DNA of 53,322 bases from Polymyxa betae A26-41 (taxonomy: Eukaryota; Protista; Endomyxa: Phytomyxea): assembly GCA_003693705.1 (NCBI GenBank), contig RBZT01000689.1, positions 1 to 53,322 of the forward strand. The letters run 5' to 3'. The position numbers and the translations under genes were made by a program. This document shows positions 21,436 through 32,862 of the stretch, piece by piece (within the stretch, counting starts at the first letter, position 1; each line of letters opens with the position of its first letter). Below the pieces are notes generated by a model, which was not told where the DNA came from, did not search any database, and was given only the letters and a program-made list of their open reading frames with translations.

Positions 21436-22695
21436 ATGTTTCGTGTGGTGGTGTTCGTCGTACTCGCCGTCCATGTCGGGGTCGGCACGATCACGATGTT
21501 GCCGGACGAGCTGTTGACCGAAGTCATGGTCCGCATCCCGGACTCCGCGGCACTCGTCAATCTCAGCCTGGCCTCGCACAGTCTGCACAGGCTGGCGCAA
21601 CCTCTCCTGACCGAGCGCTTCGAGTTCCGTCGGCGGCTCCGGAACGCCGCCGCTGTGGACACGGACTTGCTCGCCATCATCCCGGGCTTGTTACGCTCTA
21701 TCGCTCGCGCCCGCAATCTGCATTCATACGCCGTCGCCCTAAAACATCAGGACGCCCTGGGCCTGTACGACCACCTGGTGCGCAGCCCGCTGCCACGCTC
21801 TCTCGTCATCGATCTTCTGAAACAATTGATCGCCGCCGTCCCAGTCTTCGCCGACATCGTCTCGTTCACGGACTTCAGGGAGGCGAATGCCGCCGATCTG
21901 CTGGCGGTCATGCCGCCCCGGGCGCTTCGCGACGCCGCGGTCGGCGGCGTTCCGGCCCCGGTCCTGGAGACCATCACGCAGCTGGTCGACGGGATGTGTC
22001 AGGATCCAGTCCCGGGTGTGACTCCGTCGCTGATAGCGCAAGTCCGTGCACGGTATCCGCCGCCCTTCAACCTCTGCTTTCCATACAACGACAAGATCGT
22101 CTTTCTGGCCACCTGGTGCATGAAACTGGGCGAATGCCGCCTGCTGGCGGACGCCGACGCAGTCCTGGCCTTGCTGCAGAACGGGCTGCGCTTCGATCTG
22201 TATGTTTATGTTACCCGAGTGCCAGTGTCGTTGCAGACACTGCGTCGTGTCTGGCCGCTGTTGCGGATCCCGGAGCCGAAAGCGTCGGAGTTTTGGAAGA
22301 TCTTGTCGACCTTGATTATGGTGGGCCAGTTCGCGAACGCCGTGGCGTTCTTGCAGATGCCGCCGGTCGTCCAGGCGATCCGCTCGGATCCGTCGGGGTT
22401 CGTACAAGCCCTTCGGACCGTGATCGCCTGGGATCGGGCTGGACTGATGCGGTTTGTAGTAAGGCAGCCGTTCTGGCCTGACGTTAAGAATGTCGGAGGA
22501 TCGGATGATGGGCGTACTGTCCTGGATCATGCGATTGCCGAGAGCCGATCGGAGATCATCAGGATCCTGGCCGAAGGTCAGCAGCGGCCGAATCCGCCCT
22601 CTCCAGATCGTCAAATCAACCAATCTTCGCAACCTTCATCGTCTCTTGTATGGACCATAATGGGACGGGTATTATGTGGTGCCAATTCAGCATGA
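21436..22695 (+). CDS. Signal-peptide F-box-like protein with C-terminal ankyrin-like repeat (copy 2; effector candidate)
   Basis: ATG 21436 gives MFRVVVFVVLAVHVGVG (signal-like), then LPDELLTEVMVRIPDSAALVNLSLASHSLHRL (F-box). C-terminal DGRTVLDHAIAESRSEIIRILAE is ankyrin-like. Collinear with 18693-19853. Confidence 0.85.
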   Translation: MFRVVVFVVLAVHVGVGTITMLPDELLTEVMVRIPDSAALVNLSLASHSLHRLAQPLLTERFEFRRRLRNAAAVDTDLLAIIPGLLRSIARARNLHSYAVALKHQDALGLYDHLVRSPLPRSLVIDLLKQLIAAVPVFADIVSFTDFREANAADLLAVMPPRALRDAAVGGVPAPVLETITQLVDGMCQDPVPGVTPSLIAQVRARYPPPFNLCFPYNDKIVFLATWCMKLGECRLLADADAVLALLQNGLRFDLYVYVTRVPVSLQTLRRVWPLLRIPEPKASEFWKILSTLIMVGQFANAVAFLQMPPVVQAIRSDPSGFVQALRTVIAWDRAGLMRFVVRQPFWPDVKNVGGSDDGRTVLDHAIAESRSEIIRILAEGQQRPNPPSPDRQINQSSQPSSSLVWTIMGRVLCGANSA

Positions 22696-23299
22696 TTCGG
22701 CACACACAATGTGTCCTTGCCACTTTTGCTGTGTGTTCGCCATTCATCAATAAAATCATTGTGTATTTCAAAAATTCGGTCCCTTCGTTATCAAAGCCTC
22801 TGCCTATGTGTTTTATTGGTTCGGAGGCAGCACGACCAGCTGACGAAGAGGTCAGATTCTGCATGTTTCAAACCCAACATAACTGGCAAGATTCCTCTAT
22901 AGTGGACAATTAACAAGCTCTGGTTTTGTTGCTTCGCTCAAAAATTTTGATAAGAAAATTGATAAAAAATATGAAGAAATTGCGAGTTTTTTGAATGGGG
23001 AAATGACTCAACCATGATTAGCCGGAACTACGACTCACGACCAATTTCATTTCGGATTTTCGATGCGATTGGTTTTCGTCTTCCTCGTGATCGTTGCGGC
23101 AAGCAGCGATCTGGCACGGGCCTGGGTCCACGACGATGATTACGGCGGCGATCGGGTATGTCCATCGCGAGGTCCGAACCGCGGCTCATTGAGAATCTCG
23201 GCAGAATTCCCATCGTTTTTCAAGATCACATAACGATAAAGACCTTGTTACAACTACCAAGACCGTTAATCTCAACGGTATCAATTATCCACAAACTTA

Positions 23300-23480
23300 A
23301 TTTTTTGCAAAACCTTTTTCTTGTAAACTCGATTCTTTTCTTCTTACGATTTTTCTAATAATTTTTCGCAAAAACATTATCTTTCAAACTCGTATTTTTT
23401 CTTCTTGCGATTTTCTAATAATATTTTGCAATAAACTTTTTTTTAACTCGTATTTTTTCTTACTGCGATTTTCTAATTTG
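23300..23480. repeat. AT-rich minisatellite, about 59-bp unit x3
   Basis: AACTCG(A/T)..TTTT..TT..GATTTTCTAAT recurs at about 23325, 23386 and 23445. Confidence 0.8.
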
Positions 23481-23910
23481 AGTCTTCTATCACGCTCTTT
23501 TTTTGCAAAGCTACCGATACCCATACCGTGTTCGGCGGCTGTAAGTTTCATGCCTCCAGAGAGTTTACGTTTCGTGTAACGTTTCCCTGTTCGAAACAGC
23601 TGGTGACTGGAACCTCTAGGTCAGGGTACGATGGGATCACATACCTCCCATCATGTTCATGATGATGGTGGTCATCACCATCATCCCGGCCTATCGGATT
23701 CGTTACTCAGCATGTAACATTACCACACATATCAATTCCAACTTCACATTGATCGACCGTTGCGGAATCTAAATAAAATCCATTTTTTTTGTGAATTTCT
23801 CTTCAAAATCACACGCGTTTTTTTTAGTGCTCGAGGTCTGTGATTTGATGATTTGGTTGAGTCAGGTTTATTACATCTCCTGAAATCTTGTAATGTTACG
23901 CTGAGTGATC

Positions 23911-24153
23911 TCAATCGTGTTGCTCTTTGTCGGGTTCTTGGTCTTGCGGCTGCGATGGCTTCAGAGCGTCCTCATCGAGCTCTTTATCGTCGACAAAGTA
24001 CTCATCCGCGATCTTCTCGGAGCGGACCAGGAAGTGCTCCAGGGCCTGTACGCCGATCTCCACGGACTGGTTCTTATCGCGGAACAGGCGGTCGGTGCGC
24101 AGCAGGTCCGGATCCGCCTCCATCACGGGAAGCGCCTGGTTCGTCGTCGCCAT
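23911..24153 (-). CDS. Small acidic hypothetical protein
   Basis: GC-rich 80-aa ORF from ATG 24153 (MATTNQALPVMEADPDLL...EPDKEQHD) within AT-rich flanks. No family recognised. Confidence 0.4.
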   Translation of the reverse strand: MATTNQALPVMEADPDLLRTDRLFRDKNQSVEIGVQALEHFLVRSEKIADEYFVDDKELDEDALKPSQPQDQEPDKEQHD

Positions 24154-24740
24154 CGCCCGATTGGTTCGAGATTTTGCGGCATGCGACCTGACACATCGAA
24201 ATATCTTCGTGACGTCACAAGACGTTCTAACCCTAAACCCTATCTGGTGGGTTTCCGGAAACATCTGGTGAGAGAGAATTGCCGATTCCTGATAATAGAT
24301 TTTTCATAAAATTGAAAAAATGATTGCTCTGTGTCTATAGACAATTAGATCAGACAATACAGGAGCAAATATCGTTTATTATAAGATGGAAATTCAGAGA
24401 AAATGATTCCAAGCGTGGTATTCATTTGTCGAAAGTAACATTAAATTGCTGCTGATTTCTTCGAAATATTTGAAATGGATAGTCCTCATAATGGGCTATC
24501 ATGCTGCCTTATCGCAACAATTTTATCACCTTTTTTAACCGCTTCCGACATCGATCTCTTCACACATTTTCAAGCATTCTTACATAAGCATTTCCTGCCC
24601 TGGAAAGGCGAGGGTGCGCCATGATACAGCAGCTGCACGAATAAATATTCGTGCCCTCCTGCGATATTCGTGGAATAATGCGAGGGGAGGCCGCCCCAGC
24701 AATGCTGTTAGGGACACTGCGTGTATCAATATAGAGCGCA

Positions 24741-25516
24741 ATGTGCAGCACTGAACCCCAGGAGGGGCCGCGGGGTGGACGCACTCCCCAACCATCATTC
24801 GTCTCTCTCTTATTCGTCCTCCTGGCTGCCTTGGCATCCGCCGCCCATTACGACAACCCGGATCCCGAGCTTTCCGGCAGTCCCAAACCCAAAGTGAACA
24901 CGGTAACAGCTAGATACGCCTCCCCTCTTGCACCCCAAGACCCCACCACCAGCCTATCTAGCTCTGTTATCGTTGATATTTCTGAAACCAACCTTATCGA
25001 GCCTGAACATCTTCATATAACGAGCGAAGGTAAACTACAAAAAGTTTCTTATCTCGGATTAAACCTTTTTCAGAGCGAAATTCTCAGTTTGCACTAACAG
25101 CGTTCACTATCATGCTTTCTATTGGGCAGCTGATCATTCACCTCCGTTTATGGCCGGGCCGATCTCGTGATGTTTGTTACAGATCCAGTATTCCCTGTCT
25201 CCTTCCATTAGCATCTTTACTGATTGGATTCGTCGCGTATTGCGTCATGATGTGGATGGCGGATAAGCAGGTCGTACCGCAACGTTCCGTCGCGAATTCG
25301 ATCAGTTTCGTGATTCATGCCGTGTGCTACGGCCTGGCGATCAACTATATCGCCAGTCCGTGTATTCTGCTTCCAATATGGCTCGGCAGCATGCTGTTTT
25401 ATGTTGCGTTCTTTATTACAGATGTCATGTCATGCGGATTCAAGCAGATTCCGTCGAAATCAATGTGGTCTGCGCTCAGTCGGTTATTTGTCCCCCAAAA
25501 AGCCCATTCTCTGTAG
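24741..25516 (+). CDS. Hypothetical membrane protein: N-terminal hydrophobic/signal segment, Ser/Pro-rich linker, about 4 TM (2 exons)
   Basis: Exons 24741-25029 and 25074-25516 join in frame through a 44-nt GT-AG intron, linking ORFs 24741 and 25112. Confidence 0.7.
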
Positions 25517-26499
25517 GGTTGAGCTCATTTTTTGACCAACTGAAACTGGCCCTTGTGACACAAAGAAAATGTCCGAAACCCCTAAAAATTTCTCTATCTG
25601 ATTTGTTGCTGAATGCCCCATTTGAAATGAAATAAATACTGGCAGAATAGACAGACTGACTCGTTGTATCGCAGTAGCTTATTGACCGTCAGGACAGATT
25701 CGGTTACAAGACCGATAAGAATGATTCAATTCCCAGCCAGGAGACTATCGGCGAGGATGTTCTCAAATCCGCTCCTGAATGCAGATATGCACCAGCTGTA
25801 GCAAGTAAGCTGGAAATGCGATTCTGCTCAATTATAACCTGATTATTTTGTTAAACAAAAAACGCAATGAAATGCGCACGAGTTTGCTATCATAGAGAGT
25901 CCAGAGCGATTGTGATTCCAAAATCCGATGTACTGTTGTTGGTAGATCCGCTCTCAAAAACGGCGTCGAAGCATTGCGCTCGTTTGATGGTCGCCGCTGC
26001 AACAGCCCGCTATCTCCAGCACCGCCTCCATTCGAATTAACGCTTATTCGAAGCCGGCGATGGAACAGGACCGCCTCCAACCAGCATCGCCGCTTCAGCC
26101 GGCTCCCTCTTCGCCTCCTTACCCGCTGACAGCGACCAAACCGTAATTGCTTTCTCGACCGTTTCCAACAACCGACGCAGACTGTACGACCTCATCAGCG
26201 CGACCCAACGGAACGACGGCGGCCGAGAATGTGTATTGCTTGAGGACGACGTCGGGCCTGACAACGTGAAGGTCGAGCTGGATGTACAGTGTTCCCGGAT
26301 TAGATAAAGCTGGGCTGTCGGTGGATATTTCGAGACCCCAGCTGAGGCCGTAATTCGTGTCCTGCCAAAGCTGACGTTAATGTTGGTGTTTTGTTTCACA
26401 CCGTACTCGTGCGAAAGGGGAATTGTGCAGCCACCAGTGATGGACTCGCGTTACGATCCAGGGCTCCGGGCTCCGGGAATACAGGCCCGATCGACGGTT

Positions 26500-27620
26500 T
26501 ATCAAACTGGTGGCAGCACACTTGACAGTTTACACTTTTCAGTGGCATTTCAGCTAGCTGCTGCTAATAGCGGGAGCAGCGAGAATCTTTTTACAGTTAG
26601 GGTTTAGGCCTATATATTCATCTAATTTCTATTGTTTCAGGGCCAGCTATAATTATTCCCTTTTTCAAGCAAGCCTTAACTAACTTTTCTCACGTGAAAA
26701 TAGGAATCATTCCTTACAGGCAAGTTATATTTCGGAACCCTTGACAGAACTGCTCGCAGATATTGTAACGAAGCGTCGAGGAGGTTTCGGGGATGGCTCG
26801 AAATAGTGACAGGACTGCAGAGCGGAATACAGCCTTCCCGTAACTTCAATCCAGTGTAAACGGAAATGGTGCGTAAATCCCATAACATAATGCTGCTGCA
26901 CGTCGGTGTGCATTGCTGCCAGCCGTACTGGCTCATCATCCGGACACCGACAGAGAAAAAGATGTCTGAGCAATCTCGGTATCTTACTCGACTGCTTCAC
27001 AACTTCGGACCAACATGGTTTTAATCTCAGCTCATTCCTCCTCAACTTGACTTTTACGCGATGCCTATCATAGCAATCATTGGCACATTTGATGCCTCGG
27101 ATACAGGTCTAGCATCTGTTTGTCATCAATTTCAATCATCCTGGACGAAACGCAAACTGAAAAAGAATCATCTTCATATCTCATCTGCCGAACTTCAAAC
27201 GGTCGACATGACGATCAGGGAAAACCGCTCAGCATCGCTCCTCGTAGATAATCAAGCAGTGATTGGAATGTTGAATAATGGTCACCCTCACTCTGGGTAT
27301 AATCCTATTTTATTACGTCATTGTTCAGGCATATGGACAGGTTCCAAGAATGTCCAATTTGAATTCGTCGCCTTATAGTACAATAGCTAGGACGGCGGAC
27401 TACTTTTCATGTTTGCCAGACCAGAAAGGACCCACAGGGAAATTTTTGTCCCAGATTTAATGTGGAACCAAAGGGCAGTGGCGAAGATGGCTACGTTCCG
27501 CGAACGCTTGGAGAGAAGCACTAACGGAAGCCATGCAGCTCACGTCGCACCCTGTAAGAGTGCAGCCCTGAGGCCGCGCCACTGTATGACGCAATTGACT
27601 CCAGTCGCAGTCAACTTAAA
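26500..27620 (+). mobile_element. Degenerate DIRS/Ngaro-like (tyrosine-recombinase retrotransposon) RT-RNase H remnant
   Basis: ORF 27061-27378 reads TFDASDTGL..W......HISSAEL..V...LLVDNQAVIGMLNNG, followed by ADYFS in a shifted frame. This is the DAS/HI..EL/DN..V/AD.LS pattern of DIRS-type RNase H. The upstream RT is too decayed to confirm. Confidence 0.7.
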
Positions 27621-27768
27621 ACATTGGTACTGTATTCTATGCTCCATATGATCATATCTGTGAGACAGACGCGTCAACGCACCGTCTGCTAATTACTATT
27701 TGAAGAATTTTCATCCCAAAAGATCAATTCATTCTGCAAATCATCACTTGATATCAACATCAAGTTTA

Positions 27769-29160
27769 GAGCATCTCCACAGCGGCGACCCAACTCCAAA
27801 CTTTCCCAGTGATCGTGACAGGAAAGGTGAGACTGATCGGCCACAGCGGCTTGCGGCAACCCAAACCAAAATATTTTGGTTTTGTGACTGGCAGCGAACC
27901 CTTTTCTCTAGCTTGGATATGGGTATCTATCTACCCGTAGGGCTCCTATCGGTAGTCTCGGGTCGGGTACTTGCTTACTACCGGTATCGTATCCGGAAAA
28001 CCGGACACGATACCGGTAGTATCGGCTACCGTAACATGAAATACTAATAAAGGAGCGGAAACAACTTTTACAGTTCATTTTTTCAATGCACACTTTGCCA
28101 ACAATAATGAGCTGAGCGTCTCTTTTTTCAAGGAGTGTCTGCGAAGCCCGACCACATCCCGAACTTAGTTAAATGTTCTTTCAGCCGCCACTGATGATCC
28201 GAGAATGGAAAGAATGTTCTTGGCAACTTTGCTGAGGTTCGAAAATTAAACTGTTTCGAATGGGGTTTCCACAATTCCAAGGGATCGACTGCTGGATGCT
28301 CTCAACGCAAGCTCAGGTACTTATCCACTTCATCCATTACCTGTTGCTCTGCGACAGTATGGGAGACTATAAATTTCGGTAGTTTTCGGTACCCGGTCGG
28401 ATAGCTCCCTAGTACCGGTATCCGATCCGAACACCGATACTCGGGTAGTATCCGACCGAATCGGAGCCCTAATCTACCCAAATCCTCAACCCTTTTTGTT
28501 TCAACTGTACAATACCATGTCTAATTCTGCTTCATTAGCTCGCCCTACCCTGTTCGTGGAAAAATTTGGAAACCGGAGGACTGTATAATTCTTGTACGAT
28601 GATGGATGGCTGATTGCGAAGACTTTATCAAAGGAAATGACCAGAAAGCAGACCATTTGCCGAAGGCAGTTGCTGAAAAGATTCCCGAACGTAATGGATT
28701 GTCCTTTAGAAAGGCTTGGACAAGCGTCTCTTCAAGTGTCCAAAAATTCAGCGGTGCTATGCACAGATTGTAGCTAAGAAACCGAGCGGATCGATAGCTC
28801 TGGAACTTTACCGTGCTCAGACCGACGGCTCTGATTTCAAGTATATAGAATGTTGGCAAATCCTGTGCGAATGCCCAAAATTCGCCGCACAGTACGTATG
28901 TTGACACTGAATCGAGTAATGACTTGATCACAGATCCTGCCATAGTTTTAACAGAAAATCGTCCAATTGGTGCACAGCGTGCGGGGCGACGTCCCGAACA
29001 AGCTGACACCGACATGAATTCTTCAAATTTGCTTCAGGCGAGCATCAAACGGAACTACGTTTTACCGGAACAGACAGCTGCAAATGAAAGAGCATGCAGC
29101 GGCCTTGCGATGGCAATCGGAAGCATTTGAAAAACAGAAATGTGGGATCTATAAATATCG
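27769..29160 (+). mobile_element. PIF/Harbinger remnant encoding Myb-like/NAM-associated protein fragments
   Basis: TTA + GAGCATCTCCAC terminus at 27766-27780. Fragments EDCIILVR*W..ED..KGNDQK, DFKYIECWQILCECPKF and RPIGAQRA match the Harbinger-associated Myb/SANT + NAM-associated protein. The right TIR was not found. Confidence 0.65.
27938..28471 (-). mobile_element. Non-autonomous hAT element nested in the Harbinger remnant
   Basis: TIRs TAGGGCTCC/GGAGCCCTA, with ATCTACCC on both sides (27929-27936, 28472-28479; one extra G on the left). Internal minus-strand FSNLSKVAKNILSILGSSVAAERTF..RDVVGLRRHSLKKETLSSLLL is a hAT C-terminal dimerisation domain. Subterminal ACCG/TCGG repeats. Confidence 0.9.
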
Positions 29161-29479
29161 TTCAGATCGCCGAATGCCACTGAGACAAGTCGCAGATGCG
29201 ACATACGGATTAAATTAAGTTAGTTGCCGAATGACACTAGAGTTAGACGATACTCAAGAAAACTATCGATAAAATAATACTCATTCCACCAAAATCTCAC
29301 CTCACCTTGATCGTAATTTAAGGGTGCTACGACGATATCGCCACGTCAAGGAAGCTATTCGCCTATTCCCGATTAAAGAAGAAGGCATTCCTCCATCATC
29401 AATGGAATTCTTCGCTTTAAAAAAAGCAAAGAAACTGGCCCATGTGCAGTCGCTTGTTCATTCAGATAATCACAGGGTA

Positions 29480-29665
29480 AGGACCAAGCCCAGCTGGTAG
29501 CCGAACCGTTCATGCCTTACAGAAGAAACAACAACCTCGCAAACGGGCACCCACAAAGAGCGCAATGCCGTGCGTTTCATTCTGCAAGGACAAAGCCCAG
29601 GTGGTAGCCGAACCACACAAGCCATACAGAAGAAACAACAGCTTCGCAAACGGGCACACACAACA
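29480..29665. repeat. Imperfect direct repeat (about 70 bp x2, spacing about 107 bp)
   Basis: AAGCCCAG.TGGTAGCCGAACC...TACAGAAGAAACAACA.C.TCGCAAACGGGCAC at about 29486 and about 29593. Confidence 0.85.
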
Positions 29666-31313
29666 AACGCAATTTTGGAGCATGTCAGACAGTCATCAAC
29701 TGTCACAGCTACTGCGGTCGCCAACATTGAATCAGCAAAATTATTCTGATCTGAAAGTGAAAATACTTTTGTAACTGATCCGCTCAGAGGTTCGTGAGGG
29801 CTTCTCTAAATAAGGCCATTCAACTGTTCGATTGTCTGAAAGATTATTGCTCGAAGGATGCGGAGATCGTTTGTGACCCTGAATTTGAATCCGCAGTTGC
29901 AAAATCCAACAGCATCAAATTAGTCGTCAGCCTTTAAAGCTCTCGATCACTTGCAGAGGCTAGATGCAAAAAACATCTGAATGCCCTTTAATGTGAACCA
30001 GATGTCCCTTCAAATGCTGAATCTGCGAAAGTCGACGAAAAGAGGAAGAGTATGCTGATGCAGCCAAGATTCAGATCGCTGAAATCAGCAACGAGGCGAA
30101 TTCTCTGCTTCACGGTCGAGATCGACAGCGCCAGCAAGAGGTCGCTGCCAGCAGAGGCTCGGCGACTTCGAAGTTGATCGATCGTGCCTGAAAAGTGTGC
30201 AGAAGCTACATGTTATGATTGACACATGGCAACAATGCCGAGATATTGACAAAAAAAACAACTACTCAAACGCCTTCCGCATATTTGTTTCACAGACGCT
30301 ACTACCAATGATGGAATGTTTCACGGAACATTTCCAAGGAAACCAAGCCGCGATCTTAGACACTTGGACCACCCATCGGCTTCGGAACCGATTGTTCGGC
30401 AAACATCTCTGTTCGGGCCACGATGAAAACAAGTTGACTCAACACCAATATGAAATACTGTTATTAATAAAACAGTGAGAGACACTTTCAATAAAGTGCG
30501 CGGCATTTTTTTTGCATCACATTGCATGAGTATCATGTATCACAATCAATCATTATTTGATTTATTTCCATTGCATTTGTGTTGCAAAAAATCCAAAGCA
30601 ATACTATGGTAGTTCGTAAAGAAGTGCGAACGCAAAGATTTGATCTCGAAATTTCTGTTGGTAAATAATACGATGCTGAAAACATCGACACAATTTTGAT
30701 AAAGTGAGTGCGCAGTTTTCTTGTTATTCAGACAATTGCTTTCTGATATTTGCTTTCAGATTTGGAATGCAACCCACCATAAAAGATGCCACGCTCAGTC
30801 TCTGTTCGCAGAGTAGCAGATATTGATGGGTAAAGAAGGCTGCAAACTCGCCCTTCAGACGTTCCATCGGTGGTTATCTGTGAGGCATCCTGACTGCAAT
30901 GGTCTGGATCCCTATCGAGCGTGAACTTTAGAACAGAGCACTGTTTATTACTTGTACACCACCTGTTACCTAAACACCAAACCATTAGCTCTACACCAAA
31001 AGCCGGCCGATTCATGCAGCACTCTCTACCGCTGGTAATACGATTAGTTATGTAACTGCCGCATCGCTCCTGTTCGTACAGGACGGCCGGCTTGATATTC
31101 AGCCGCAAGTAAACTGCTCTGGCAGCACAGCCGTGCATCAAGCAATCAATGCATTGAATTTACTGGGTTTGGCAAAGATTAGCAAAATTGACTGCATGAA
31201 ACCCACAATATAGATACCCTCTGCGATTCTCGTATAGTATAGTATATCATCCATGAATGCATTTTCTTTAAATGAAGCCTATTAACGAGAAGAAGATGGC
31301 CTTGGGAAATTTA

Positions 31314-31552
31314 TGTAGCGCGGCCAGCCCTAAACCCTACCACCGGCGGCTGCGCCCCGTACCCGACCGCCTGTCCCGAGCTGCCTCGGTGCTTCCGACG
31401 GAAGCTGATCCTGACGCCGGAACATGATACTGCCCAAGGACCGGAACCAGCTCCCGTCCCGAATTCCAGTAACCCCCGATTTATTTTAGAATCGGTTTGT
31501 TTTATAAACTACCGGTTTCTTTGCGTCAGACACCGTTAGAGATCGCTCTACA
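31314..31552. mobile_element. Solo LTR (239 bp)
   Basis: TGTAG...CTACA inverted termini with a 4-bp TSD TTTA (31310-31313 and 31553-31556). GC-rich insert in AT-rich DNA. Confidence 0.85.
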
Positions 31553-32862
31553 TTTATCAGCTTGTATTGATGTGTTATATTCTTAGAATCGCTTTTAAGT
31601 TTGAAGCTGACATGAATTGGTGCAAACAAAAAACAACATCATCCTCTGAAGCATAATCATGCAGATTTTGCAAGCATTCGGAACCATGGGCAGTTAACTA
31701 CCCAGTTAGCAGCACGGCTGTAGAAAGTGCATTTTTACTTTTGCATCCTATCTCATGCTGATTCTGCGATATGTTCATCAACAGCATTTGCATTATTATG
31801 TAGAAGTCAGGTTCTTACCGCCAAAATAGTTCCAAGCCAACACGAATTTTTTTTAAATCGCGGGTCGCTCCTCAGATAAATACCTATAAAAATGCAAACT
31901 TTCTGTAGTCTCATTCATCCGTAATTGCAAGATCAACAAAATTATCTACTATCTAAAACCATTGGACTATTCTTGTTGTTAGATCAACTCACATCAAGCC
32001 GGAGGCATTAGAAAATTGCTTCTGCGCTGAGAAACACCTCTGAATATGTGTGGTGGTAATCCATAGCCATCCCTTCGAGACATCTCATACGACAAAAAAC
32101 GTGTCGCCAAGGTAACAGTTGATATTAACCAGAACTCGTACCTCAGTTTTGCACCGTTTTTTTTCTTGAATCCAATCATTACTCTTAAATACATCGCATT
32201 AATCTGTCATCTTAAGCACGAGGATGTGATGGAGAAAAAGCTATAATGGTTTAGTGCACAGTGCCCGGAACAGGAGGTTTGGTTGATACTTGCAAAACAC
32301 AGCGACATCGATCATCATCCAGCAGTCTATAAGCGTCGCGATGGGAACCGGCATAGTAATGTTTTCCTGCAATTTCTCAATCACAATTTACCGCTCTAAC
32401 AAAAAATTTCGCTTGATTTTTTGCATTACAACCGCCATCAGTCTCGACTTTGAGAATCTGATAACATATTTAATTTCAACTATGGTTTCATCCTAAGAGC
32501 AGTACTTGTTTGAGGCATTCCTGTTTGTGGGCGCTTTCTTTTTCACTAAAATCTGTTACGAAGCAGTTCAAATAAGCTGTATTTTGTAGACCAATCTTCA
32601 AGCTGGATAAAAAACGGTATCGGATCTCTTGTTAGGACATTCGATCACAGCGACCGCTTTCGTGGCCTATTCGAAAGAATGGAGATGGCGGCGCTTGGAA
32701 CATATTGACGGCCCCTTAAAAGCGGCTCCACGGAGTCTGTTGCGGTATTATAGGGTTAGGTGGGTGTTAGGCCTTCCGCTCAACATGAATGATATCCATC
32801 TATCTCCGCCCTTGTCATTTGCCGCTTCAGATAACGACCTCTTTAAGGTGTTTCGAAGCCAG

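Noticed and set aside
29770-30480. Possible hAT-like fragment (EIVCDPEFESAVAK) and ORF 30197-30478
   Set aside because: Single short peptide resemblance, no termini; left unassigned.
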